A stretch of DNA of 43,571 nucleotides from a virus (lineage: Duplodnaviria; Caudoviricetes), in the IMG/VR virus record IMGVR_UViG_3300033513_000021, positions 1 through 43,571 of that record; one strand, written 5' to 3'. A model generated the notes under the pieces. That model ran no database searches. It worked only from the letters and a program-made list of their open reading frames with translations, and was not told the origin of the DNA. Positions 34,448 to 42,638 of this stretch are shown one piece after another; within the stretch, counting starts at the first letter, position 1; every line of letters begins with the position of its first letter. A program made the translations under genes and the position numbers.

Positions 34448-36118
34448 TCAAATCCGGCAGGCAATTAGGTCATCGAGCGGTGGTTCCTCAATTCCAGCCT
34501 CGATGCCTCCAATCAGGATCGCCTCGCTTCTGAATTTCTCATACTCGCCGGCGATTGTGTGTTTCTTTTCGGAGGATTGCGTCAATGGCTCGCAGACGGC
34601 CAAGCCGATCGAGCAGCCGAGCAGCTCGCAGAAATTGTCGTCGAAGTCGGGAACGTATTGCACGTCGGCGACGAAACGGAATACCAGCGGGCCGCCGTCG
34701 AGCGACATCAGGAAATTGCCCTCGAAAAGCCAGTCGTCGGCCTGCCGGTTTCCCGGGGCACCGAGCCAGGAGAACACGCCGGCCTTCGGGTCCTGTGGAC
34801 AGCGGCGCAGGTAGTTGGCCGGCAACCGGAAGACGTTCTTGGTAGCCGCGTCCGAAGCGGGGCCGCAGCCAATCGGGTACGTGATGTTGAAACCGGCGAG
34901 GGCGACCCCGTTCGGGAATGCGGCGCCGCCTATCTGCATCCATTGTGAGTTGCCGCCGCCGGAAGTAAAGGTCGATGTCCACGGTGCGGTAAGACCTTGC
35001 GTCCAGTAGGTCTGATTGAGGCCATTCGCTGGGTCCTTGTTCAGGTTTCCGGCCGCGCTGGTTGCCGTGTAGATGAAGTTGTCGCTGCCGACGACTGTTT
35101 GCCCGACTGTGTAGGTCGTAAGGGCATCCCACGCGGCCGGAACATCTGCCGGGCTGTTGCCCAAATTAAGGTCGATTAGGCTTTGCCATAGAGCGCCGCC
35201 GGTAACGACAGCCCAATAGGTCGATGCTGCGGCGTTTGGGAAATTTCCGCTGTTCGCGTTTTGCAGCGACACATAGGCCGCAGCGTTGAATATCACGAAC
35301 GATCCCGTGGAATAGACGCTTTCGATATTCCACTCGCCGATGGGCGTCGTCGTCAGTTGAGGCGGCGAGGTAAAAGAGCTGGCCGGGACCTGCTGCGTCG
35401 TCAAGGTAACGACCGGCATCAGCGCCCAGCTCGCGCCATTGAGCGGTGGGATTAGGTTGAGATTGCCGGCAACCAGCGAAACATAGACGTTTCCGTCGGT
35501 GTAGAGGACGCCCGCGCCCGCGGCGTAGGTGGTGAGGCTAGACCAGGCCGGAAACTGCTGGACGACATTGTCCTTGAAATACGTGGTGTCGACGCTCCAC
35601 TGGTTCGGTAGCGCCGGATGCAACTGATTGCCGTTCACCAGCGAGGCGAAGACATTGTAGGTGCCGTTTCCTGCCGCGGTGTAGGTCAATTCACCGGAGT
35701 AATAATTCTGGCTCGAATCGTAGAGCGAGACCGAGAGCGGTCCGAAATAGGGCACCCAGGCCGAGAAGATCACGCCGGGCTCGTTGTTGAGGTTGTCGGC
35801 CAGGATCGATTGCCAATAGGTGCCGCTGGCATCGGTGACGATCGAGCCGACAAAATAAGTGACGTAAGGCGAATAGAGCGTCGGCACCAGCCGCAGGGTA
35901 TTGGTGTCAAGCGGACGCAGCGCCGTCCGGCGAGTGGCGAAGGTCCAGATGTTGCGCCGCAGTTCGGCCCGCCGCAGCTTCCCGTAGCACGCCAGAAGCT
36001 GGGCTGCGGCCTTGGTGCTGCCGGGGAATGCCGAACTTGGGGCTGCCGCGCCGGTGGGGGCGCCAACGTGCTGCAGCGCACGCACGCCAATGTCGAACGG
36101 CGAGTTGAATTCTGGCAT
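34448..36118 (-). CDS. Tail adaptor (tubular protein A) with large CBM-like repeat insertion
   Basis: DIGVRALQHVG...RRAELRRNIWTFATRR N-part and FRLPANYLR...FDDNFCELL...CEPLTQS C-part flank about six (W/Y)xxxxxYxxGxxV repeats. Confidence 0.8.
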   Translation of the reverse strand: MPEFNSPFDIGVRALQHVGAPTGAAAPSSAFPGSTKAAAQLLACYGKLRRAELRRNIWTFATRRTALRPLDTNTLRLVPTLYSPYVTYFVGSIVTDASGTYWQSILADNLNNEPGVIFSAWVPYFGPLSVSLYDSSQNYYSGELTYTAAGNGTYNVFASLVNGNQLHPALPNQWSVDTTYFKDNVVQQFPAWSSLTTYAAGAGVLYTDGNVYVSLVAGNLNLIPPLNGASWALMPVVTLTTQQVPASSFTSPPQLTTTPIGEWNIESVYSTGSFVIFNAAAYVSLQNANSGNFPNAAASTYWAVVTGGALWQSLIDLNLGNSPADVPAAWDALTTYTVGQTVVGSDNFIYTATSAAGNLNKDPANGLNQTYWTQGLTAPWTSTFTSGGGNSQWMQIGGAAFPNGVALAGFNITYPIGCGPASDAATKNVFRLPANYLRRCPQDPKAGVFSWLGAPGNRQADDWLFEGNFLMSLDGGPLVFRFVADVQYVPDFDDNFCELLGCSIGLAVCEPLTQSSEKKHTIAGEYEKFRSEAILIGGIEAGIEEPPLDDLIACRI

Positions 36119-36146
36119 GTCCCCCTATCGGGGCGCGGCCTATCCC

Positions 36147-36158
36147 CCGCAACGCACT
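36147..36158 (-). promoter_or_regulatory. Putative late promoter element AGTGCGTTGCGG (copy 4) heading the tail operon
   Basis: Ends 29 nt upstream of ATG 36118. Confidence 0.65.
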
Positions 36159-36160
36159 TG

Positions 36161-37528
36161 CTAGGCCGCTGTTTTGGCTCTTTCGGCGGTCAATTTGCTG
36201 AAATCATCCATCAGGCGCCCTAGCGGCTCGCGCCAGTCGAACGGATGCGGCTGCCGGTAGATGCGCATGCTGTCGTACCAGCAGCTCGGCCCGGTCTCCT
36301 TGCGCCATGGCCAGAGTGCGTCGAACCGCACCAGATTCCAGACCGGCTTGCCCATGGCGCCGGCGAGGTGGGCGACCGCAGTGTCGACCGTCACCACCAG
36401 GTCCAGATGGTCGATGATAAACGCCGTGTCGGCAAAATCCGTGATGCCGCGCATGGGGTCGGCTACGCCGAGCTCGCGGAGTTGATCGGCGTCACCGTGG
36501 GTCTGCTGCAGGCAAACCAGCTTGACGCCAGGCCGAGCCAGTGGAGCAAGCTGTTCAAATGACAGACTTTTCTGCTTCGCCGTCTCGGCAACCGCCGGCT
36601 GGTCCGGCCGTTTCCCGCTGGCCCAGCAGATACCGACCTTGAGCGCGCCGTCGGGAAAACCGAGGCGAAAACCTTCCTCGCGCGCGCTGAGATAGCCGCC
36701 CTTGAGCGGCACGGTCTCCGGGCTCATGCCGACGATGCCTGGCACGTCGAGCAGTGCACACATAAAGTCCGGCTGCCAGGGCGGCGGATCGTATTGGTTG
36801 ATCACCGCGTCGGCATGGGCGAAGCTGCGCGCCAGCCGGAACATCGGTGGTCGCACCGAAAGGATCACTCTGGCGCCTAGGTCCTTGACGGTCTTGGCAA
36901 ACCGGAGCGATTGGATTTCGTCACCGAAGCCCTGCTCGACGTAGAGCAGGATGGTCTTGCCCTCGATCGGCTCGCCACGCCAAGCCGGATAAGAGAAGCG
37001 CGGCCGCGGCGGGAAACCTGGCGCGTTGAAACGGTGACGATAGGCGGCAAATCCTTCGGTCCACTCGTCGTTTCCGATCAGGGCGATGCCGAGATTGGCG
37101 TTAAGCTGGGCATGACCGGGATCGAATTTGGCCGCCGCCTTGTAGTGCGCAATGGCCCCCTCGACCCGCATCATGGAGCAGAGCGTATTGCCGTAGTTGT
37201 AATGTCCGTTGAAACTCGGCTCAATGGCGAGCGAGCGCTGAAAACTCTCCTCGCTTTCCTTGAACATCCGCGCCGAGGAGCAGGCGATGCCGCGGTTGCA
37301 CCAGATGTCGTAGCGCTCCGGCGCTATCTGCACCGCCATCCCGTAGTGCAGCACGGCATTGAAATGCCGGCCTAGTTCGGCTTCCATTTGCCCGCGCATG
37401 GCCCAGGCGTCGGCGTGTCGCGGCTGCAGGCGGATGACGTCGGTCAAGATGTCGAGCGCCTGCGCCTTGCGGCCGGCGCGGATGGCCATCACCGCCTGCT
37501 CAAAGGCGAATTCTGCGTAGTTCGGCAT
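36161..37528 (-). CDS. TPR-repeat plus GT-B (GT9-like) glycosyltransferase, FlmG/FlbA-like architecture
   Basis: About 4-5 TPRs, then WRGEPIEGKTILLYVEQGFGDEIQ...VGICWA...DFADTAFII.HLDLVVTVDTAVAHLAGAMGKPVW...WY.SMRIYRQ. Confidence 0.88.
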   Translation of the reverse strand: MPNYAEFAFEQAVMAIRAGRKAQALDILTDVIRLQPRHADAWAMRGQMEAELGRHFNAVLHYGMAVQIAPERYDIWCNRGIACSSARMFKESEESFQRSLAIEPSFNGHYNYGNTLCSMMRVEGAIAHYKAAAKFDPGHAQLNANLGIALIGNDEWTEGFAAYRHRFNAPGFPPRPRFSYPAWRGEPIEGKTILLYVEQGFGDEIQSLRFAKTVKDLGARVILSVRPPMFRLARSFAHADAVINQYDPPPWQPDFMCALLDVPGIVGMSPETVPLKGGYLSAREEGFRLGFPDGALKVGICWASGKRPDQPAVAETAKQKSLSFEQLAPLARPGVKLVCLQQTHGDADQLRELGVADPMRGITDFADTAFIIDHLDLVVTVDTAVAHLAGAMGKPVWNLVRFDALWPWRKETGPSCWYDSMRIYRQPHPFDWREPLGRLMDDFSKLTAERAKTAA

Positions 37529-37661
37529 GTCTCGTCTTACCTCAATTTCCAGGCCAGGAACAACAGCGCAGACGTTGCCCAGATCATCGGGCCGACACCG
37601 CATTGGAATTGGCTAGGAAATAATTATGCGTCCCAGAACTTATCATTCTTTGCGCCGATTG

Positions 37662-38480
37662 TCATTGCTGCACATAAGTCAGATTTCCGCTCACGTCCCC
37701 AGCGCCCGATTGGAAAAGGCAAAGATCATGAGCCGCGGTCGTCGTGCGAGCCACGGTTGAGCCACCGTTGCCGTAAGTAAATCCTCCATTAGCGGCTAAC
37801 GACAATCCATGTGTGGCCGTTGTCGCTCCGATTACAGCTTCCGCTGCAGTGTCGCATTCAGTCGTGGTCTTCGTTCCATCGGCAATCGATACGACCGTCG
37901 CTCCCGACGCGATAAGAGAGAGCGAGCAAACATAGATTTGCTGGCTTGAAGCCAAAGAAACAAGCTTTACCGTCGTTGTGCCAGTCATTGAAATCGGAAC
38001 ATTGATTTTCGTAGCCTGAGCACAGGGATCGCTCGATGTATGGCCGATGACATTCGTACCGGCCGCTATGGCTTTTACGTTGACCCAAGCACCGTCAGTC
38101 TTATCGCCGTACCAGCGATCATATCCGGTGCCGTTCCACAGCCACGGCGCTACGGCGCCAGTATTGTTGCCGTTTACGCCGTCGCCGAGCGCGATCGCCG
38201 CCTGCCAGCTTTTGAGATTGGTGCCGTCATTGAGGCCGATGGCAAGGCCGGCAGAAGGAAACGCCGCGTCAAAATCCTGAAAAGTTACTGTAGCGGAAAC
38301 GGTCACGTCGGCACAAAGCGCGCCGGTCAGATCGACGGTGAGCGGAGCATTGGCGCCTGCGGTCCAGATGCTTGAGCCTGGGCAGCTCGCGACAACGAGC
38401 GCGTTGCGTACCTGAGCGTTTGCCTGTGGAGAAAGCGCGAGCCCCAGCGCGAGGCCGAGGAGCCAGACAATCCGCTTCAT
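37662..38480 (-). CDS. Beta-rich putative virion/decoration protein with N-terminal signal peptide
   Basis: GGAGG RBS; MKRIVWLLGLALGLALSPQANA|QVRN; Thr/Gly/Ala-rich; located in the head gene cluster. Confidence 0.7.
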   Translation of the reverse strand: MKRIVWLLGLALGLALSPQANAQVRNALVVASCPGSSIWTAGANAPLTVDLTGALCADVTVSATVTFQDFDAAFPSAGLAIGLNDGTNLKSWQAAIALGDGVNGNNTGAVAPWLWNGTGYDRWYGDKTDGAWVNVKAIAAGTNVIGHTSSDPCAQATKINVPISMTGTTTVKLVSLASSQQIYVCSLSLIASGATVVSIADGTKTTTECDTAAEAVIGATTATHGLSLAANGGFTYGNGGSTVARTTTAAHDLCLFQSGAGDVSGNLTYVQQ

Positions 38481-38493
38481 GGGTAGCCTCCGT

Positions 38494-38748
38494 TCAGATG
38501 ATCGGAGGCGGCGGCGTGCCTCCGCTGAGTGCAACGACGTCGACAGTCGCGCCGCCCTGCATGAGCGCGCGCTGAAATGCTTCGAGCGCCAGCCACATCT
38601 CCATGCGGGAAATGTTCTTCGAGTTGGTGTCCGTGGTGTTCAACCGGACCTCGAAGTCGCCGGCATCGGGAACCAAAGTCCCGACCGTGAAGTCGGAAAT
38701 CTGGTTCCCCTGTTGTCCGTGCGACATGGACAGAGAGATTGCCGCCAT
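38494..38748 (-). CDS. Small putative virion protein
   Basis: 84-aa ORF in the head operon. Confidence 0.6.
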   Translation of the reverse strand: MAAISLSMSHGQQGNQISDFTVGTLVPDAGDFEVRLNTTDTNSKNISRMEMWLALEAFQRALMQGGATVDVVALSGGTPPPPII

Positions 38749-38753
38749 TGCGC

Positions 38754-39392
38754 TTAGCCTTTATCGGCGTAGGTGACGCTTGCGTAGAGATTGCACGCGC
38801 CGCCGGTGGTCGCGCCGGTCGACACGTAGGCTAGGAGGTCAAAGAACCCGCCGGGATCGGCCGGCTCTCCGCGGCCGTCGGTGAAGCCGAAGAGCTGGTA
38901 GAGCGGCAGGTTCATAAAGCCGCTGCTGAGCAGATAAGCAGAGCCGAGCCCATTGAGCACAAGTTCGGTCGGCTCGATCTTGGTCGAGGCCGCCGACGGA
39001 GCCCATACGCCGAACATCAGGTTGACGCCGGTGTAGGTGGCGAGGCTGACGGTGCCCCCGGTGTTGGCGACGGTCGGGATCAGGCCCTGCAGCCAGGACG
39101 GCGTGCCATCGTCGGCCGAGTCGGAAAACACCAGGCTGAGATCGAGGGCGAGTGATCCGTTGAGGTTTGGACCAGAGTCGGCGCCCATCCTCAGCGATTT
39201 GATCAGCGCGCGCGTCGGCAGACGTATCAGCTTGTAGTAGGAGCCGACGGTCTGCAGCCCGGCCGCGGTGGCCGTGCAGTAGTCGTCGACCTGGACGAGC
39301 CGCGCCTTGGCGCCCCCGCCGGCGGTATTCTCGATGATCGGAACCGTATCGAGGTTCGTGATCGAGAGTGACTTGACGGTATCTTTTGCCAT
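38754..39392 (-). CDS. Putative capsid decoration/cement protein
   Basis: Beta-rich 212-aa protein immediately after the major capsid gene (BPP-1-like synteny). Confidence 0.6.
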   Translation of the reverse strand: MAKDTVKSLSITNLDTVPIIENTAGGGAKARLVQVDDYCTATAAGLQTVGSYYKLIRLPTRALIKSLRMGADSGPNLNGSLALDLSLVFSDSADDGTPSWLQGLIPTVANTGGTVSLATYTGVNLMFGVWAPSAASTKIEPTELVLNGLGSAYLLSSGFMNLPLYQLFGFTDGRGEPADPGGFFDLLAYVSTGATTGGACNLYASVTYADKG

Positions 39393-39404
39393 GGTGGTCT
39401 GTCC

Positions 39405-40343
39405 CTAGGGCGTGATGTCCTGGCCGCTGGTGTCGCTGCAGAGGATCGAGATGACCTTGCCGTTCTGCGACCGCACCGGGCCGAACATCGTTTGCGTGGT
39501 GAGTTGCCATGGCCGCCCCGACAGATCGGCGCGGATATCGATGTAGTTTTCCATGTCCTTCCAGAGGCCGAGAATGATCCCCGACTTGACGAAGACCAGG
39601 ACGTTGCGGACGTTGGCGGAAACCGAAAGGCGCTCCGAGACCGCGATGTCGTAGCCGAGGAATCGCTTGAGCCGGCCGTCGACCAGCACCGGCCGATCGT
39701 TGAACTCGGTTGAGACCACGGTGGTCTGATTGAGTAGGTCCGCCTCTTGCTGCGACCCGATGACGATGCACGGAGGGTCCATGTCGAAGTCGTTGTGGTA
39801 GTGGCGCAGGATGCGCCGCGTCTCGATCAGCTTGGCGACGGTCAGCCCCGATGCCGATCCGGAGCCGAAGGTCGAAGCGACCTGGAACAGCGTTGTGCTG
39901 AAGGCGTCCGGCGTCAGGTTGCCGATATCGGTGCCGATCTGGCGCGTGCCGGTCGCGGCGGCGATAATGCCGTCGTCCCAATAGCGGCCGGTCGCGGCGG
40001 CGGCGGCCTTCACGTAGCCAGAGGTCGGATCGACGATGGTCTGCAGCTTGTCGTAGCTGTCGATCATCTCGACGATCTCGCCCGGCTGCGGGAAAATCCA
40101 GGGGCGAAGCGAGTAGGGGTTGGTCGCCTGTACCGGCGAGAACCGGCCTTGCGGCGCGCGCATGGTGATCGAGGAATACTGCGTCACCGGCGAGGCCATC
40201 TTGCCGACGAGGCCGCCCTGCTCGGTGACGTGCGAACGGAGCACCGATTGGAGCTGCTGCAACAGCAATTCGAGGTTGCTCGAATACTGCGCCGTGAAGT
40301 CGGGATAGAGGCCGAAGTTTGCGGTAGGATAGGGAACGGTCAT
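39405..40343 (-). CDS. Major capsid protein
   Basis: QYSSNLELLLQQ..S.LR...DP.S.Y..AAAAA.GR..DD.II...LL......S.EFN....LVDG....FLG; downstream of the scaffold gene. Confidence 0.9.
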   Translation of the reverse strand: MTVPYPTANFGLYPDFTAQYSSNLELLLQQLQSVLRSHVTEQGGLVGKMASPVTQYSSITMRAPQGRFSPVQATNPYSLRPWIFPQPGEIVEMIDSYDKLQTIVDPTSGYVKAAAAATGRYWDDGIIAAATGTRQIGTDIGNLTPDAFSTTLFQVASTFGSGSASGLTVAKLIETRRILRHYHNDFDMDPPCIVIGSQQEADLLNQTTVVSTEFNDRPVLVDGRLKRFLGYDIAVSERLSVSANVRNVLVFVKSGIILGLWKDMENYIDIRADLSGRPWQLTTQTMFGPVRSQNGKVISILCSDTSGQDITP

Positions 40344-40392
40344 AGGTCTCCCCGTTGCAATCGTTGCAGAGGGCGCGGATGCGCTGACCTAT

Positions 40393-40493
40393 GGCTTGTC
40401 CGGTGCCACCCGGAGCCTTCGAGTCGGAAGCGACGGCTTGTCCCGGCTTAGGGGGCCGCTGGTGCCGGGCTGCCTTGTCCTTTCAGGGGCCGC
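40393..40493 (-). ncRNA. Putative cis-regulatory RNA: three tandem bulged hairpins in the capsid mRNA leader
   Basis: Each unit ends GG-ACAA-G(G/C)C with different but complementary inner stems. Confidence 0.55.
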
Positions 40494-40541
40494 TCCGGTA
40501 ATTCGATGGCCGCGAAGATAGCGCGCGCGACCGAAACCTGA

Positions 40542-40550
40542 CAACGCACT
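40542..40550 (-). promoter_or_regulatory. Putative late promoter element AGTGCGTTG(TCA) (copy 5) upstream of the capsid leader
   Basis: TTGTCA-18 nt-TATCTT, preceded by AGTGCG. Confidence 0.6.
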
Positions 40551-40551
40551 C

Positions 40552-40731
40552 CTACTTTTTCCGCATGGCCGAAAGGCGCAGGCCGAGACGTCCGGCAGCG
40601 GCCAGCGATTTGTTCGAACTGTGACTGGCCCTGACTTCCGCCTCATGCACCGAGATGCCCTCGCGCGCGGCAAGCCGCTTCATGCGACCTTTGTGCTTTA
40701 TTGCGCCGCCAATCCACTTCCGTTTAGCCAT
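40552..40731 (-). CDS. Small basic protein (59 aa, MAKRKWIGGAIKHKGRM...)
   Basis: Manually translated; KWI.GAIKH.G motif seen in small phage late proteins. Confidence 0.65.
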   Translation of the reverse strand: MAKRKWIGGAIKHKGRMKRLAAREGISVHEAEVRASHSSNKSLAAAGRLGLRLSAMRKK

Positions 40732-41255
40732 AGCTTCTTTCCCTTCGAGAGAATGAAGTTTCTTAGGTGCGAATGAGCCTTAGCGTGGCAAGGAACGCAG
40801 AGAACTTCGATGTTTTCCACATCTATCCTGCCAATAAGGTCTTCTGTAAACCCGCGGACATGGTGACCTTGAAGACCATCCTGGCTCCCACACCGATCGC
40901 ATCTACCACGCTCCCGAACAATCTTGGATGTGAGCGCCTTAACCGCGTATGGTCGTTCAGAATGGCCGCCTTTCCAATTTTGGTGATTGGGACCTCTTTT
41001 TGATCTGCCAACTCCACGTGCACGACATGCCCTGGAACAGAATCGGCCATTCCCGCCTCGACCTTTCCTGATCTGAAACGCAATTCCGCATTCTTCGCAC
41101 TGGTATTCGAGCATCGTCACGCCGCCACACCATTGGCGCTGACGCGCACATTTTTTCGAGCAGAATCTTCCTGACTTGCCGCCGCGCAACCATGCGGAAA
41201 ACGTGCGGAATTCACTGCCGCACGTCTCGCAATTCCTGGTTACGTTTCCCCTCAA
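40698..41255 (-). CDS. HNH homing endonuclease with tandem Zn-finger repeats
   Basis: CETCG..FCSKKC, CEECG..FCSRAC, NWKGG, CDRCG...GHH...NIEVLCVPCHAKAH; likely TTG start overlapping the upstream TGA; lower GC. Confidence 0.85.
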   Translation of the reverse strand: MRGNVTRNCETCGSEFRTFSAWLRGGKSGRFCSKKCARQRQWCGGVTMLEYQCEECGIAFQIRKGRGGNGRFCSRACRARGVGRSKRGPNHQNWKGGHSERPYAVKALTSKIVRERGRCDRCGSQDGLQGHHVRGFTEDLIGRIDVENIEVLCVPCHAKAHSHLRNFILSKGKKLWLNGSGLAAQ

Positions 41256-41437
41256 GCCCTTTTCCTCGCGTGCTTCGCCTTCACGCGCCCCTCTTTGTAG
41301 TGGCCACCGTGCGCCTGCTCGTTGCGCTTTTCGCTCAAGAAAATCGCGACGGCCTGCTTTTGGCTCGTGACCTTCTGGCCCGACGAAGACCGGAGCTTGC
41401 CGGTCTTCCACTTGTGCATCACCTGGCTACTTGGCAT
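41252..41437 (-). CDS. Small basic protein, DUF6496-like
   Basis: VMHKWKTGKLRSSSGQKVTSQKQAVAIFLSE. Confidence 0.7.
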   Translation of the reverse strand: MPSSQVMHKWKTGKLRSSSGQKVTSQKQAVAIFLSEKRNEQAHGGHYKEGRVKAKHARKRA

Positions 41438-42339
41438 CAGGCGACCTCGCGCGGAAATGCCACCTTATGCAGATCATCCCACTTGCGGCGCTCCTCGCGG
41501 CCGCCGGAAACCAGGCGTCGGCCGAATTCGGCGTCTCGCTTGAGGGCCTCGATCTCGGCCCGCGCCTGATCGCGCGACATCAGGCCGGTGTTGTTGCCAA
41601 GGTTCTGACCGCCGCCGATGAAGCGGTCCTCGCCCATGCGCGCGCCGGCTACGCGCAGCATCTCCATCGCGGCGGCGGCCCCGACACCGCCGACCTTGGA
41701 CAGCGCATCCCAGGCGGATTGCGCCTGCTCGGCCGTAAGGCCCGCAGCCTGACCGAGCCGATCGAGCGCGGCCTTTGCCACCACCATGTTTGCGTCGCGA
41801 TTGGTGCCCCAGCTCTTGGCCAGCGCGTCCTTTTCGGCCTGCACCTTCGCGGTCAGGTCGGCGGATTCGGCGGCGTCCGCCCGCTCCATGAAGTTCACCA
41901 CCGCCTTGACGATCTCCGGCGCGCGCTCCTTCGGCGTCCTGGCCGCCAACATGGCGCCGCGCATGGTGTCGGCGAATGCCTCGTCGAGCTCGGTGCCGTC
42001 GGCGAACTTGATGCCGGACAGGTCATAATCCTTGGCCTCGACCGGCACGCCCACCTTCTGCCAGAAGGCGGCGATGTCGCTTTCGGCCGCATTCGGCCGC
42101 GGGCGCCGCAGCATCTCGTCCGGCGGGGCGCCGATCAGCTTCTCGGAATTGCGGTAGAATTCCGTCAGCTTGGTTGCGACCGCAACCGGATCGGCTGGGT
42201 CGATGCCCTTGTTCTGCCAGAAGCCGAGCGTCGTGGCGTCCACCTTGTCGCCGTACCAGGGAGCGGCCGGCGCGGCAGGAGCCGCAGGGGCGGCCGGCGC
42301 CGCTGGGGTGACGGGAGCGGCGGGTGCGAGTTCGGTCAT
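41437..42339 (-). CDS. Capsid assembly scaffolding protein
   Basis: Pro/Ala-rich N-terminus, L.K.WG motif, G..MGED; located between portal and capsid genes. Confidence 0.8.
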   Translation of the reverse strand: MTELAPAAPVTPAAPAAPAAPAAPAAPWYGDKVDATTLGFWQNKGIDPADPVAVATKLTEFYRNSEKLIGAPPDEMLRRPRPNAAESDIAAFWQKVGVPVEAKDYDLSGIKFADGTELDEAFADTMRGAMLAARTPKERAPEIVKAVVNFMERADAAESADLTAKVQAEKDALAKSWGTNRDANMVVAKAALDRLGQAAGLTAEQAQSAWDALSKVGGVGAAAAMEMLRVAGARMGEDRFIGGGQNLGNNTGLMSRDQARAEIEALKRDAEFGRRLVSGGREERRKWDDLHKVAFPREVA

Positions 42340-42638
42340 GCTGCTTCTCCTTGATCGGCGAGGCGCTCGGCCGCCCGCAGCACAGCGCCGCGGTAGACGG
42401 TCTCAAGCTCCGTCGGACTGAGTTTCAGGTGGTTGAAAACGCGAAAGAATGCCTGGCGGCGGCCGATCATCTGCATCAACCCGTCGTGGTTTAACCCGAA
42501 CGGGTCGACCTGGAAAGCGGCGCAGAAATCTGCAAGATCGATCAGGGCCAGGTAGGCCGGAGATCCTACGACGCCGAAGGCCGACTTGTAGGCTTTCTGC
42601 CGGATGCCGAGCTTCTCGATGGCGCGGCGCAGGTTCAT
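42336..42638 (-). CDS. Bbp19-like head-cluster protein
   Basis: AY..AF...L.DLADFC...GRRQ.F.R...HL.L pattern. Confidence 0.65.
   Translation of the reverse strand: MNLRRAIEKLGIRQKAYKSAFGVVGSPAYLALIDLADFCAAFQVDPFGLNHDGLMQMIGRRQAFFRVFNHLKLSPTELETVYRGAVLRAAERLADQGEAA

Noticed and set aside
37536-37665. Small reading frame with an internal TAA between the exported protein and the glycosyltransferase
   Set aside because: Too short to call as a pseudogene or as evidence of stop-codon reassignment; all long genes read normally in code 11.
38839-39981. 380-aa alternative-frame ORF over the capsid and decoration genes
   Set aside because: Arg/His/Pro-rich composition typical of off-frame GC-rich sequence; no RBS or motif.
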